A DNA stretch of 64,000 bases from Dehalococcoidia bacterium (GCA_965197645.1 OZ240219.1:3008001-3072000); one strand, 5' to 3'; shown: positions 1-13,700, counted from the first letter of the stretch. Notes: generated from the letters alone by a model not told the origin. A program made the numbers and translations.

Positions 1-387
1 GCGATAGGCATTCCTTTCAACACTCTGGCGCGTGTCGAGAAAGGACACGTCCCAGACCTGCCTAAATTCAAGCGCCTCGTCGAGTGGTGTGGTGCGGACA
101 TCAAGCAGTTCTTTGAAATTCAGGAAAGGGCGACTACCACCACTGATGTAATTGCTGAACACCTTCGTGCAGACCGCAACCTGCCCCCTGACGCTGCGGA
201 GCGGATCGCTAGCATCGTCGGCGACCTGTACCAAGCTCTGGCGCGCCCCCAGCAAATCGCGGCAGTGCATCTGCGGGCGGCAAACACGTTCCGCCCAAAC
301 GCGGCCCGCTACCTAGGGTCGTTGCTGAGCGACTTAAACCAAGCCCTCATGGAGGAAGCCTCTGATGGCTCTGCGGAGAGGGTTTAA
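1..387 (+). CDS. XRE/Cro-type HTH transcriptional regulator (5' end outside window)
   Basis: Frame 1 is open from base 1 to TAA 385-387: AIGIPFNTLARVEKGHVPDLPKFKRLVEWCG..., a typical XRE recognition helix. It overlaps the start of the peptidase gene. Not in the supplied ORF track. Confidence 0.8.
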   Translation, partial: AIGIPFNTLARVEKGHVPDLPKFKRLVEWCGADIKQFFEIQERATTTTDVIAEHLRADRNLPPDAAERIASIVGDLYQALARPQQIAAVHLRAANTFRPNAARYLGSLLSDLNQALMEEASDGSAERV

Positions 388-940
388 GTCCGAAGCTGAG
401 AGAATCGCCCGAGGCGTTAGGTCGGATATGGGCCTCAATGCCGCTAAGTCCGTTGCGCCCGAAGACCTAGCCACACTGATCGGTATAGAGATCAGAGCGG
501 GAGACGAGTTGGTTCAGCGTGAAAGGTTCAGAGAGCTTGAGCGCATTCAGCCAGAATCTTTCTCGGCCTGCACACTCCGCCCTTCCCCTGAACGCGTGGT
601 CATCGTCTACAACCCTCTCTCAGCTAAGTCGCGGCGACGGAGCGATTTGGCACACGAACTTGCCCACATCCTTCTTGACCACGAGTTGAGTCGGCTTGAA
701 AGACTCGGCGAGGTAACGTTTTTTTCGTGTGATGCCATACAGGAGGAGGAAGCTGGCTGGTTGTCAGGGTGTCTCCTTCTCCCTAGGGCACTACTCTTGG
801 CGGAGACCAGAAGGGGGGTAAGCGCCAAAGAGATTGCAAGGAAATGTGGGGTCAGCGAGCAGATGGCTCAGTACAGGTTGAATGTCACTGGCGTGCTCAG
901 GCAGAGGCGGGCGATCCAGAAGAAGAGCCGGAACCCGTGA
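365..940 (+). CDS. ImmA/IrrE (DUF955) family zinc metallopeptidase
   Basis: RRRSDLAHELAH (HExxH) and QEEEAGWLSGCLLLP motifs, HTH-like C-terminus, paired with the XRE gene. Confidence 0.9.
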   Translation: MALRRGFKSEAERIARGVRSDMGLNAAKSVAPEDLATLIGIEIRAGDELVQRERFRELERIQPESFSACTLRPSPERVVIVYNPLSAKSRRRSDLAHELAHILLDHELSRLERLGEVTFFSCDAIQEEEAGWLSGCLLLPRALLLAETRRGVSAKEIARKCGVSEQMAQYRLNVTGVLRQRRAIQKKSRNP

Positions 941-1100
941 TGATGCCCGGCGTGGATATGCCGCGAGTGGCCAAGGCACTGTGGCCCCAACGGATGGATG
1001 TCAATGACGCAGTTGACCGAAGGTCCAAGGCGGAATGTGTGTCGCAAGTGAAGGTCCTAACCGTGGTGGCACCTGCGTCTGCAATGAGGAAGCATCGGAC

Positions 1101-1853
1101 ATGCCCTCAACGATAGAGTGGACCGACGAGACGTGGAATCCTGTGACGGGATGCTCCCGCGTTTCCCCCGGTTGTGACAACTGCTACATGTTCGCATTGT
1201 ACCCCAGGCTGCGGGCTATGGACGTTCCAGGATATAAGGCCTCACCCGACACTGTGCAAATGCTTCCAGAACGTCTGCGCGTCCCGCTGTCATGGCGACG
1301 CCCCAGGCGCGTATTTGTCAACAGCATGTCCGACTTGTTCCACCCTCGCGTGGAGTACGACTTCATATCTGACGTTTTCGCCGTCATGGGACAAGCTCGC
1401 CAGCACGTGTTTCAGGTGCTTACGAAGCGACCGGGCAGGGCCGCCGGTTGGTGGGGAAGCCACGGCCAGAGCAGGTTCGGTGAGTGGCCTGAAAACGTGT
1501 GGATGGGCACATCTGTTGAGAGCCAGAAGTATGCGCCTCGACTGTCCGTGCTACGACGGATCCCTGCCACCATCCGTTTTGTTTCCGCGGAGCCTCTGCT
1601 TGAGAGAATCGATCTCGCCAAGTGGCTGGAGGACGGCACCATCCACTGGGTGATTGCCGGTGGCGAGAGCGGCCCTCGCGCAAGGCCGATGGTTCTAGAC
1701 TGGGCGCGGGACCTTCGGGATCAGTCCGCAAGGGCAAACGTGGCCTTTTTCCTGAAACAACTAGGGGGCAAGCGCGGCAAGCAGTCAGGTGTGGATGCCA
1801 TTTTGGACGGCGCAACGTGGCTGGCATTGCCTGGGAGCAACGGGAAATGGTGA
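1101..1853 (+). CDS. DUF5131 (phage Gp37/Gp68-like, three-Cys motif) protein
   Basis: STIEWTDETWNPVTGCSRVSPGCDNCY, FVNSMSDLFH, FQVLTKRP, WVIAGGESG, FFLKQLGG; ATG 1101 follows GAGGA. Confidence 0.92.
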   Translation: MPSTIEWTDETWNPVTGCSRVSPGCDNCYMFALYPRLRAMDVPGYKASPDTVQMLPERLRVPLSWRRPRRVFVNSMSDLFHPRVEYDFISDVFAVMGQARQHVFQVLTKRPGRAAGWWGSHGQSRFGEWPENVWMGTSVESQKYAPRLSVLRRIPATIRFVSAEPLLERIDLAKWLEDGTIHWVIAGGESGPRARPMVLDWARDLRDQSARANVAFFLKQLGGKRGKQSGVDAILDGATWLALPGSNGKW

Positions 1854-1856
1854 CCA

Positions 1857-2992
1857 ATGCCCCCTAAGGAGACACTTTGGCCTCTTGACGACCACACCCG
1901 TGGCAAGCACATGGTCCTGCGGGCTTACATGGACGCCTGGCTTCCCATCAACTTGAGCAAGTTTGAGAGAGCGAGGTTCGTTGATGCGTTTGCCGGGCCT
2001 GGAGAATACGAGAAAGGGGAGCTTGGCTCACCGGTCATTGCGCTAAACGCCCTCGCCCAACACTCTTCACAGAGCATGATGACTGGTCAGATGGACTACG
2101 TCTTCATTGAGGAACGTTCTGACCGATTCGTTCACTTGAAGAACGTAGTCGCCCATCAACGAACCAAAGGCTCTATCCCTTCCATCTGCCAAATCAGTAT
2201 GTTTAACGATACGTTCGCCCACGTACTTCCGAAACTGATCGCTCCGATGAAATCAGATCGCATCCCCACTTTTGTCATGATTGATCCCTTTGGTATATCT
2301 GGAGTCGGCATGGAGTTGATACGGGCATTAATGCAGCATTCCAGCACTGAGATCTACGTTTCCTTCATGTATGAGCATATGAACCGATTCAGGAGTCAAC
2401 CTAACTTCGAACCACACCTAAACGACCTATTTGGCTGTGAAGAATGGCAACAAGGCATAGACATGCCAGAGGGCAAAGCACGAAAGGACTTTTTTATGGA
2501 CTATACAGAGAGCAACTTAAGCTTTCGGGAGCCCAGCATGTCCTGAGCTTCGAGCTGTACGGTGGTAACCAGCTAAAGTATGCGCTGTTCTTCGCTACCC
2601 AGAAGGATGAGGGCTGTGACAAAATGAAACAAGTCATGTGGAAAGTAGCTCCGCTCGGAGGCTATCGTTTCAGGAGTGACGCTCTAGGCCAACTCTCGTT
2701 TGAATCAGGGGTTGTGGACTTCGATGAATTAAATAAAGCGTTAATCAGAGAATTCGGGATGCATCAATCGATCAAGATCGAGTCAATTGAAGAGTTCATG
2801 TGCTCCGACAGGATTCTATTCCACTCTGGTCAACTGAAGAGCCGTCTGGCAGATATGGAGCGAGCATCTACACTCATCGTCGACCAGAGTCCGAGAAAGA
2901 AGCGTTTTACCTTCCCACAGGGCACAATTCTACGTTTTGTCGAGCCTCCACCGCCATCGCCAATACAAAAGTTGTTGATACCAGCCAAATAG
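1857..2992 (+). pseudogene. tcmP: Three-Cys-motif partner protein TcmP (SAM-dependent methyltransferase fold), split by a 1-nt frameshift
   Basis: HTRGKHMVLRAY, FVDAFAGPG and FVMIDPFG motifs. A T6 run at 2490-2495 needs T7 to join ORF 1857-2546 to ORF 2444-2992 (KDFFYGLYREQL). Confidence 0.85.
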
Positions 2993-3868
2993 TGTCCATG
3001 CCCCGCCCTCCGATGCCCGCAGGTACCCTTAGCCGTGCGGCCATCCACGCAAGCAGCGAAGGTGCCGGCCCTAGAGCCGCCACCAGCATTGGGTAGACTT
3101 CCTGTCGGCCCCCGTCGATAGGCAATGGGAAATCATCTTCGTAGCCGGTGAGCCTGCAAAGGGGCAACCAGTTCTGCACAGACCATAAAATGGTACCGGC
3201 CTTACTACTTATCACCATCGTTTGCTGAGAGGTAAGCTTCGGCCGACCAAGCGTACTGTAGCAGGCGTCCTAGCTCGCTGCGCGGGTTTTGGGGGGCTAT
3301 GGCGTGGCTCTTGATGCCAAGGTTGAAGAAGGGGTTGCGGTGTCTTCCCTGGCAGATCCATTCCTCCACGGAGTAGACCCAAGAGAGGGGCCTGGAACGT
3401 CCTGTAGTGCTCGGTACCCTGACAACCACCCTTCTCCCATTGTCAGCGCCCTGGTCGTCGACAACCTCCACCTCAGGTTGGCCTCACTGTGCTATTTCCT
3501 CTTCACGGAGCGGACACCTGCATCTCGAACGCCATTTGTCCCCACCTGCGCTTGCTGTTGAGGCTGTCGGCCATCGAGTGTCGGTTGTCCTCCCCAAGTC
3601 TGGCCAGATACCAATTTTCATTGGTGTGTTTCTTGCGAAACCGGAGCGATGGGATCCTTTCGGCGCCTAGGACCCAACTGCTCCCCTTAGACTTGATACG
3701 CCGACCCGCCAACTGGGTTTGGAGCGCCATCTGCTCGACCCCCTCGAAGGGAAATAGGGGAACCCTGTCGCCTTGCAGAATCACGGGGACCGTCCGCCGA
3801 TAGACCTTCATGACCAATTCCGCTATTCTGGGGAAGAAGCGGAGATTTTCTTAGGCGGGGAGGCCGGA

Positions 3869-5107
3869 TTGAGCGCTCCGATTTCTGATCGTATTGCGCA
3901 GCGCGGAGTGGCGTTAGCTATGGGGGCTTTCGAGGCCCTCAGCTTCGCGTTTCGGGTTCAACACGACGAAGACTACGGTGTTGACGCTCACGCCGAACTG
4001 ATTGAAGATGGACAGCCGACTGGAATGCTACTTGGAATCCAGTTGAAGACTGGACCCAGCTACTTCAAGGAATCCCAAGGGGACTCGTACGTTTTCAGAG
4101 CCGATAGCCGGCACGTTGAGTATTGGTTTGACCACTGCCTGCCAGTGTTGATCTGTCTGTGTGATTTGGACTCCCGACGGGTGCATTGGCAAGCCGTCGA
4201 TGCAGAAACTGCCACTTCTACGGGTAAGGGGTTCAAGATTCTCATACCGATGTCCCAAAAGTTAGATTCCAACTCTGAGTCCAACTTACGCAACCTCTTG
4301 ACGCCGGTGGTAGCTGGGACCCGATATACGATTTTCGAGCAGTCCGATGTGAGCCACGGAAGCGCCAAGCGGTACTCCTACAAGGTCGTAGTCAACGGCG
4401 ATGCCAACAAATCAGAGGTGGCATCCATTGTGAGGCAGGTGACGATCTACGGTGCCAAGAGGGTGTACAACCGCAATCACCTTACTCAGGGACACTGGGG
4501 GGACTCCGAAGCCCAGGTAGTCTGGACTTTCGTTTATCCGAGTGCCGAGGATCACGCAAGGGACAACTACATTTGCCGGAGCCTCTGGATCCACCCCGAC
4601 TTGCCGATAAGAGATCGGCCATTGGGCCACCGAGGCCAAAATATTGGTGACGGCATCATCGTTAATTGGAATCCAATGCACGCAGAGTCGGCCCACCTCG
4701 TCTCGGCTAATACATGTACGAAAGGGGAGTACCTTTCAAGGGTTCCTCAGTTGGTTGAAGAGCTGTCCTCGCTACTCACGAATCTTGATGTCCAACACTC
4801 GGCGTTATTCAGGGGAACCGCCTCAGAGGAGTCGTTCCTAATCAAGACCGAGAGAACACGAGCCCGAATAGTAGAGATCGAAGATGAGGTCTTCGACATG
4901 CCGCTCGCCCCGTTTGAGTGTAATCAAGTTGATCAGGCGTTCAAAAGGCTTCTAGTTTCCTGTAGTAACATTGCCCTCTTTTATTCAGAACGGGGCAGGG
5001 AGACTTGGAAAGATGTCAACCGAAAGGGTTGGCTAGTCACCCAACAGCGAGAAGCCGCTCGGGAGTCACTCAGCCGGGTAGAATCCGAAATCAGTAAAAT
5101 ACGGTAA
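3869..5107 (+). CDS. DUF4365 PD-(D/E)xK nuclease-domain protein with unknown C-terminal region
   Basis: EDYGVDAHAELIEDGQPTGMLLGIQLKTG; TTG start after GGAGG at 3859-3863. Confidence 0.85.
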   Translation: MSAPISDRIAQRGVALAMGAFEALSFAFRVQHDEDYGVDAHAELIEDGQPTGMLLGIQLKTGPSYFKESQGDSYVFRADSRHVEYWFDHCLPVLICLCDLDSRRVHWQAVDAETATSTGKGFKILIPMSQKLDSNSESNLRNLLTPVVAGTRYTIFEQSDVSHGSAKRYSYKVVVNGDANKSEVASIVRQVTIYGAKRVYNRNHLTQGHWGDSEAQVVWTFVYPSAEDHARDNYICRSLWIHPDLPIRDRPLGHRGQNIGDGIIVNWNPMHAESAHLVSANTCTKGEYLSRVPQLVEELSSLLTNLDVQHSALFRGTASEESFLIKTERTRARIVEIEDEVFDMPLAPFECNQVDQAFKRLLVSCSNIALFYSERGRETWKDVNRKGWLVTQQREAARESLSRVESEISKIR

Positions 5108-6071
5108 AAGAATAGTTCCACATCCGAACCAGAATTCTCCGACCTTTGAGGGTAGGTCTGAGCTATGGATCCGTCGGCCTCCTCTAAACTCCTTCTAACA
5201 GTCCCTCCTTGCTCCGACGCGTCCCCTCGGGACACCCGCAACGGCGATCTGACCCAATCTCCAACACGATGGTACACCTTCATCCGAAAGACACCCTAAC
5301 AACGGAAACCTGCTCCTATCGCGGGCGATCAATCTTGTTGCCAGCAAATTGAAGCTTATCTGATGTCCAATCACACCAAGAACTCAGGTCACATGGTAGT
5401 GGGACTGAGTGACAAGTGACCACGACGTCTCTTGACCGAGCCTTCGAGCAGCATTCCATCCACCACTAAGGACCTTTGCAGCATCTTGGTCACCAGCTTC
5501 AGGGCGTTAAACTTTACCGACTCGGGGCTGCCCCATGCCCACGATCGTCACGACGCATCCCTCATCACCTAAGCGACGCGATCCAGCGCATGCTAGGTGA
5601 CGATGCGTACAACCCTCCCCACATCTTCGAAGAGCCCAGCACGGCAATCGAATCAGGGAGGGATGACTTCTGAAGACTGTAGAGTCTACTGATTATCTGA
5701 GAGACCCCTACTGCTGGGAGTGGTCCGGCGGCGCCTCCCAGTGCTTTGTCTTCGCGGAGACGCAGCGACCATAACGAGGTCAAGGGTAGTAGCAGTGATG
5801 GGGAGCCCCTTGCTCTCGTAGTAGGCTTCCATCTCGCCTATCTCCACGGGGATGAATGTCTTGTCCTCTCCGGCCTCGCTCTTGCCGGAGACGCAGGCGT
5901 AAATGGGCACCCGATTCGCCTCCTCTTTCCTTGTGGTGAGTAGCACCATTGCTGACTTCTTCTGCATGTTCCAAATCACATCTGCCCACTACTGTCGAGA
6001 GCAGGTCTGCGGGTAGTACAATCTATTCATATCACCTGGATTCAACAAGAGAAGCTCAGGGAGTAAGAACT

Positions 6072-7650
<1,579 letters not shown>

Positions 7651-7664
<14 letters not shown>

Positions 7665-7842
7665 GGAGGCCATACAGCTCATAGAGCAGGACGGGTGGAG
7701 GCTTGTTCGCACCAGGGGAAGCCATAGACAATACAAGCATCCGGTCAAGCCTGGCCGCGTGACCATACCCGGCAAGCCAGGAGATGACCTGCCGCCGGGC
7801 ACCTGGAACAGCATATTGAAGCAATCAGGGCTAAAGGAGTAA
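7651..7842 (+). CDS. hicA: HicA family mRNA interferase toxin
   Basis: [41 protein letters not shown] (GSH motif), 63 aa. Confidence 0.95.
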
Positions 7843-7850
7843 GCAGAGCC

Positions 7851-8078
7851 ATGAAGTACACGGTAGTAATCGAAAGGACTACCAATAACTATGCAGCCTA
7901 CGTGCCGGACCTGCCTGGCTGTGTGGCTACCGCCGGCACCCGCGAAGAGCTGTTGAAGGAAATCCGAGAGGCCATAGAGTTTCACATTGAAGGCATGCGT
8001 GAAGACGGCGAACCCATACCGGATCCTCAGACTACGGCGGCATTGGTGGATGCGGCCATACCGGCGCCGGGTGTCTAA
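7851..8078 (+). CDS. hicB: HicB family antitoxin (short form, no DNA-binding tail)
   Basis: YTVVIE...YVPDLPGCVATAGTREE...IREAIEFHIEG...GEPIP. Confidence 0.95.
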   Translation: MKYTVVIERTTNNYAAYVPDLPGCVATAGTREELLKEIREAIEFHIEGMREDGEPIPDPQTTAALVDAAIPAPGV

Positions 8079-8086
8079 CTGAGGGC

Positions 8087-9427
8087 ATGGCTACGGAACG
8101 AACTATCAAGAGCCAGTGGCGGGAATCGGTGTACGGGATGTTCTGGCCCGACTTTGTTGAGGCTCCTTTAGGGAATCTTTGCGACGACGTCAACGGGATT
8201 CAAACAGGGCCGTTCGGCAGCCAGCTACACCAACGGGACTATGTCTCAACCGGAACACCGATCATCACCGTCGAGCATTTGGGCGAGAATCGCATTACGC
8301 GCCGGGATATGCCCTGTGTATCGGAATACGACAGGAATAGACTATCCAAGTACTCTCTTCAGGAGGGTGACATTGTTTTCAGCCGTGTCGGTTCTGTTGA
8401 TAGGCGGGCCTTGGTGCGTCAGTCCGAGCAAGGGTGGCTGTTTTCGGGACGCTGCCTAAGGGTGCGTCCTAACGGCAACGAGATTTACCCAGCGTACCTT
8501 TCATATTTTTTTGGTCTACCGGCATTTCGAGAATACATAAGATCGATTGCAGTTGGGGCGACCATGCCATCGCTAAACACCCAACTATTGAGTGAAGCGC
8601 CGATTCTGTACCCTCCTCTCCCCGAGCAACGCGTCATTGCCCACGTCCTCGGCACACTGGACGATAAGATCGAGCTGAACCGCCGCATGAACGAGACCCT
8701 GGAGGAGATGGCGCGGGCGCTCTTCAAGTCATGGTTCGTGGACTTCGAGCCGGTGCGAGCCAAGATGGAGGGCAGATGGCGTCGCGGCCAGTCCCTCCCC
8801 GGCCTCCCCACCGACCTCTACGACCTCTTCCCCGACCGCCTCGTGGACTCAGAGTTGGGAGAAATCCCGGAGGGGTGGGAGGTGAAGGCGCTGGGGGATT
8901 GCTACGACTTGACGATGGGACAGTCCCCACCAGGCAGTACCTATAACGATAACGGTAATGGAACACCGTTCTTCCAGGGCAGTACGGACTTCGGGCAGCG
9001 CTACCCCACCAATCGCCGTTACTGTACGGAACCCACGCGGCTGGCACAGGCTGAAGACACCTTGGTAAGCGTCCGTGCGCCTGTGGGGACAATCAACCGT
9101 GCGTGGGAGCGGTGCTGCATAGGCAGAGGGGTTGCCGCGCTCCGGCACAGTTCGGGCTCCGCGCCCTACACATACTACGCTATTTGGGGGGCTCAACCGC
9201 AAATAGGCCAATACGAACACACTGGGACCGTGTTTGGCGCAATCGGCGGTCAGCAGTTCAAGGCATTGCTGATGTTGGAACCACATGACAAGACGGTCGC
9301 AGCATTCCACCGTCTCGGGCAGGACTTGGATAGTCGCATCAGGTTCAATGTCGATGAGTCACGCGCGTTGTCCGTCCAGCGTGATGAGCTGCTGCCGGGG
9401 TTGGTGAGTGGGGAGATACATGTATGA
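8087..9427 (+). CDS. hsdS: Type I R-M specificity subunit S
   Basis: Two TRDs separated by the conserved PPLPEQRVIAHVLGTLDDKIELNRRMNETLEEMARALFKSWFVDF and IPEGWEV blocks. Confidence 0.95.
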   Translation: MATERTIKSQWRESVYGMFWPDFVEAPLGNLCDDVNGIQTGPFGSQLHQRDYVSTGTPIITVEHLGENRITRRDMPCVSEYDRNRLSKYSLQEGDIVFSRVGSVDRRALVRQSEQGWLFSGRCLRVRPNGNEIYPAYLSYFFGLPAFREYIRSIAVGATMPSLNTQLLSEAPILYPPLPEQRVIAHVLGTLDDKIELNRRMNETLEEMARALFKSWFVDFEPVRAKMEGRWRRGQSLPGLPTDLYDLFPDRLVDSELGEIPEGWEVKALGDCYDLTMGQSPPGSTYNDNGNGTPFFQGSTDFGQRYPTNRRYCTEPTRLAQAEDTLVSVRAPVGTINRAWERCCIGRGVAALRHSSGSAPYTYYAIWGAQPQIGQYEHTGTVFGAIGGQQFKALLMLEPHDKTVAAFHRLGQDLDSRIRFNVDESRALSVQRDELLPGLVSGEIHV

Positions 9428-10701
9428 CTGAGTTCAATGATCGCGTCAGAGACTCTGTAGCAGTAGCGAACCTGAAACAAGCCAATGCTACTTTAGCCCA
9501 GTTGTCAGCTATGGATTGGGAACATCAGACAAGGGTCGATCTCATCAACAGGCTCTCCTCTGTAGGGAAAGACACGCTCGCTCGGCTAAGCACTAATCGT
9601 GACTTCATAGCCCAGCATATGCTCGACAACCTCGAAAATCCATCCCGAGAGTTTCTCAATTGGATCAACAACATTGCTGATACGCCCATGGAAGATGACT
9701 CGTACTGGCAAGAGGCAAGTAACGCTGCCGACGATCTTCTGTTGGCTGCATCAACGTTGCCAAGCCTGCGTATTCGTACAACTGGAGAGGTATTTGAGAG
9801 AGCCACAGCACAATTCGATCACGAAGTGCAATCGTCTATGAGCGCACTCTCAGAGCGATTAGCAGAGATAAGCTCTGAAATGGCCGACACAAATAACCGT
9901 ATCGAGCAAGCCTCGACGGCATTCAACGAGCAAATTGCACAACTTGAGGCCAGAGCAAGCGATCAAGTTGCTCAAGCAGAAAACTCAACAAATGCTCTCC
10001 TGGAAGAAGCACGAGCAACCAGAGACTCCTTGCTAGGGCAAATTCAAGGGGCCAGTGAGAGGTTGCAGCGTGAAGTTACAGGCATTCAAGAAGTTTTTCG
10101 GGACTCCCAAAGCGAGCGCGACGAGGAATTCAAGAGTTCTCAAGATACGCGCTACGAGGAATTCCATCAACGGCTTAACCCTTCTATAGTGGACGTAGAG
10201 GATTTTCGGGATCAGGCAAGAAGTATGCTGGAGGAAGTAGCTGGTGCAGGCACGGCGGAACACTATGTCGGCCACAGCCAACAACAAAACAAGACCGCAA
10301 ATATTTGGCGTTGGATAGGCGTTAGTGCGCTATTTGTCATGGCCCTAGCCTCTGTTTGGGTATTCTATGAGTCCTCACGAACAGCACAGGATTTTTCATT
10401 TGCATGGCTAATTGCTCGTACCGGCCTATTGGGGTCCATACTTATATTTGCTGCTTATGCTTTAAGACAGTCCAGCCATCATCGACGGCAGGCAGAGAAT
10501 ATGGGACGACTAGCCAACGAACTGCAGCTGCTCTGGCCGTTCATGAATCGACTACCTAGTGAACATAGGGAAGCTCTTCTTTTGGAGATCACTCCTTTGT
10601 ACTTTAGGGGTGAGTCAAGTGATGACCCAAGAATCGATAGTCAGGGCCTAGCTAGTAGGCTGCTAGAAAAGCTAGGGAAAGCCAGAGTAGAAGGCGACTG
10701 A
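9424..10701 (+). CDS. Coiled-coil protein with two C-terminal transmembrane helices (DUF6161-like), inserted between hsdS and hsdR
   Basis: Long heptad-rich Q/E/A/S region, then [20 protein letters not shown] and [20 protein letters not shown]; ATGA overlap with hsdS; visibly lower GC than hsdM/hsdR. Confidence 0.75.
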   Translation: MTEFNDRVRDSVAVANLKQANATLAQLSAMDWEHQTRVDLINRLSSVGKDTLARLSTNRDFIAQHMLDNLENPSREFLNWINNIADTPMEDDSYWQEASNAADDLLLAASTLPSLRIRTTGEVFERATAQFDHEVQSSMSALSERLAEISSEMADTNNRIEQASTAFNEQIAQLEARASDQVAQAENSTNALLEEARATRDSLLGQIQGASERLQREVTGIQEVFRDSQSERDEEFKSSQDTRYEEFHQRLNPSIVDVEDFRDQARSMLEEVAGAGTAEHYVGHSQQQNKTANIWRWIGVSALFVMALASVWVFYESSRTAQDFSFAWLIARTGLLGSILIFAAYALRQSSHHRRQAENMGRLANELQLLWPFMNRLPSEHREALLLEITPLYFRGESSDDPRIDSQGLASRLLEKLGKARVEGD

Positions 10702-10709
10702 TTACTCAC

Positions 10710-13700
10710 ATGACCACCCTCACTGAGGCTGACGTCGAACAGGTCGCCCTTGATTGGCTGCAAGGCCTTGCCTGGACTGTCGCACGCGGCCCGGACATCG
10801 CTCCCGGAACGCCCGGTGCCGAGCGGGACGACTACGGGCAAGTTGTGTTGGAGCGACGGTTGCGGGACGCCCTCGCGGACCTCAACCCCACCCTGCCCAC
10901 TGATGCCCTGGACGATGCCTACCGCAAGCTCACCCGCCCTCAGGGTTCCTCCCTCGAAGCTCGCAACAGCGCCTTTCATCGGATGCTGGGCAACGGCGTG
11001 GACATCGAGTATCGGGATTCCGATGGACGGGTGCGCGGAGACCAGGTCCGGGTCATCAACTTTGAGAACCCGGCCAGCAACGACTGGCTGGCCGTCAACC
11101 AGTTCTCCGTCACAGAAGATTCGCACACCCGCAGGCCGGACGTCGTGCTGTTCGTCAATGGCCTGCCCCTGGGCATCATCGAGCTCAAGAACCCCGCAGA
11201 CGAGGACGCCACCATCTGGACGGCGTGGCAGCAGCTGCAGACCTACAAGGCCGAGCTACCCACCCTGTTCTCCATGAACGAGGCGCTGGTGGTCTCGGAC
11301 GGGACCGAGGCCCGCATTGGCACGCTGACGGCGGGACGGGAGTGGTTCAAGCCCTGGCGCACCGTCACCGGTGAGACGCTGGCCGACCCGCATGTGACCG
11401 AGCTGCAGGTGATGCTGGAGGGCGCCTTCGAACCAGGTCGCTTCCTCGCCCTCGTGCGCGACTTCGTCGTGTTCGAAGACGATGGCGGCGGCGCCCTGGT
11501 CAAGAAGATGGCGGGCTATCACCAGTTCCACGCCGTCCGCGTCGCGGTGGATGAAACCCTACGGGCGGCGATGCTGCAACGGGCGGAGACTCGGGCCGCG
11601 GAGGAGAAAGGTCACTACGAATCGGGGCGAAAGCCAGGTGGGGAGCCGGGGGACCATCGCATCGGGGTAGTCTGGCACACCCAGGGGTCGGGCAAAAGCC
11701 TGACTATGGCCTTCTATGCAGGGGCTATCATCAGGGAACAGGCGATGGAGAACCCGACCATCGTGGTGCTCACGGACCGCAACGACCTGGACGACCAGCT
11801 CTTCAGCACATTCTCTCGCTGCCAGGATCTGCTGCGCCAGCCGCCAACCCAGGCGGAGAACCGCGCCGACCTGCGCAGCAAGCTGTCGGTGAACGCCGGG
11901 GGCGTGGTCTTCACCACTATTCAGAAGTTCTTTCCAGAGGAGAAGGGCGACACCCACCCTACGCTATCGGAACGGCGCAATATCGTCGTCATCGCCGACG
12001 AGGCCCACCGCAGCCAGTACGACTTCATCGACGGGTTCGCCCGGCACATGCGAGACGCCCTGCCCAACGCTTCCTTTGTCGGCTTTACGGGAACGCCCAT
12101 CGAGTTGCAGGACGCTAACACCCGCGCCGTGTTCGGCGACTACATCAGCATCTACGACATACAACGCTCCGTCGACGACGGGGCTACCGTACCTATCTAC
12201 TACGAGAGCCGCCTGGCCAAGCTAGCCTTGGACCAGAACCAGAGGCCGAATATAGACCCGGACTTCGATGAGGCGACCGAGGGTGAGGAGGTAGAGCGAA
12301 AGGAGAAGCTCAAGACCAAGTGGGCGCAGCTCGAGGCGATAGTCGGCTCGGAGGAGCGTGTAAAGCAGATCGCCGAGGACATAGTGACCCACTTCGGCCA
12401 GCGGACCGAGGTGCTGAAAGGCAAGGCGATGGTCGTATGCATGAGCCGGCGCATCTGCATCGACCTATACCAGGAGCTGGTTCGCCTGCGCCCCGACTGG
12501 CACGATAACGATGACGCCAAGGGGGCTATGAAGGTGGTGATGACCGGCTCCGCCTCCGATCCCCTGGACTGGCAGCCCCACTTCCGCAATAAGTCCCGAC
12601 GGGAGGAGTTGGCCCAACGGTTTCGCGACCCTGTCGACCCGTTGAAAGTCGTGCTGGTGCGGGACATGTGGCTAACGGGCTTCGACGCGCCCAGCCTGCA
12701 CACGATGTACGTGGACAAGCCGATGCGGGGACACGGCCTCATGCAGGCCATCGCCCGCGTGAACCGGGTGTTCAAGGACAAACCAGGAGGCCTAGTCGTG
12801 GACTACCTGGGGCTGGCCCAAGACCTGAAACAGGCCCTGGCTACCTACACAGAGAGCGGCGGCAAGGGACGAACGGCGCTGGACCAGGACGAAGCAGTGG
12901 CGGTGATGCTGGAGAAGTACGACGTGTGCTGCGCCCTGTTGCACGGATTCGACTGGTCGCTGTGGACCACGGGCAACGCACAGGACCGGTTGGGACTGTT
13001 GCCACCCGCTCAGGAGCACATCTTATCCCAGGAGGACGGCAAGGAACGATGCATGAAAGCAGTGCGAGAGCTGTCGCAGGCTTTCGCCCTGGCCGTGCCC
13101 CACCCGGAGACGACACGTATCCGTGACGACGTGGGGTTCTTCCAGGCAGTGAGGGCGGCCCTGTCGAAGCGGGCGACTGCAGAGGCACGCCCGGAGGAAG
13201 AGCTGGACCTTGCCGTGCGCCAAATAATCTCCCAGTCGGTGGCGTCCGAAGGAGTGATGAACATCTTCGCTGCCGCGGGACTGGATAAGCCGGACATCTC
13301 GGTGCTCTCCGATGAGTTCCTGGCCGAGGTTCGTGACATGCCTCATCGCAACCTCGCCGTCGAGTTACTTCAGAAGCTGCTCAGTAGCGAGGTGTCCACT
13401 CGGCGCCGTAAGAACGTGGTGCAAGCCCGCTCCTTCGCCGAGATGCTGGAGCAGACGCTGCGCCGTTACCAGAACCGGGCGATAGAAGCAGCCCAGGTAA
13501 TCGAGAAGCTGATCGAGCTTGCCAGGGACATGCGAGAGGCTAACGCACGCGGCGAGCGGCTAGGGCTGTCCGAAGACGAACTGGCCTTCTACGACGCGCT
13601 AGAAACCAATGACAGCGCGGTGCAGGTGCTCGGCGACGAGACGCTTCGGGACATCGCCCGACAGCTGGTCGAGACCATCCGTAACAATGCCACCATCGAT

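Noticed and set aside
2995-3817. Three short minus-strand ORFs between tcmP and DUF4365
   Set aside because: Different frames and no recognisable family; possibly gene debris but not supportable
5110-6060. Short ORFs upstream of hsdM (5476-5673, 5686-5979)
   Set aside because: No motifs or clear RBS; cannot be called
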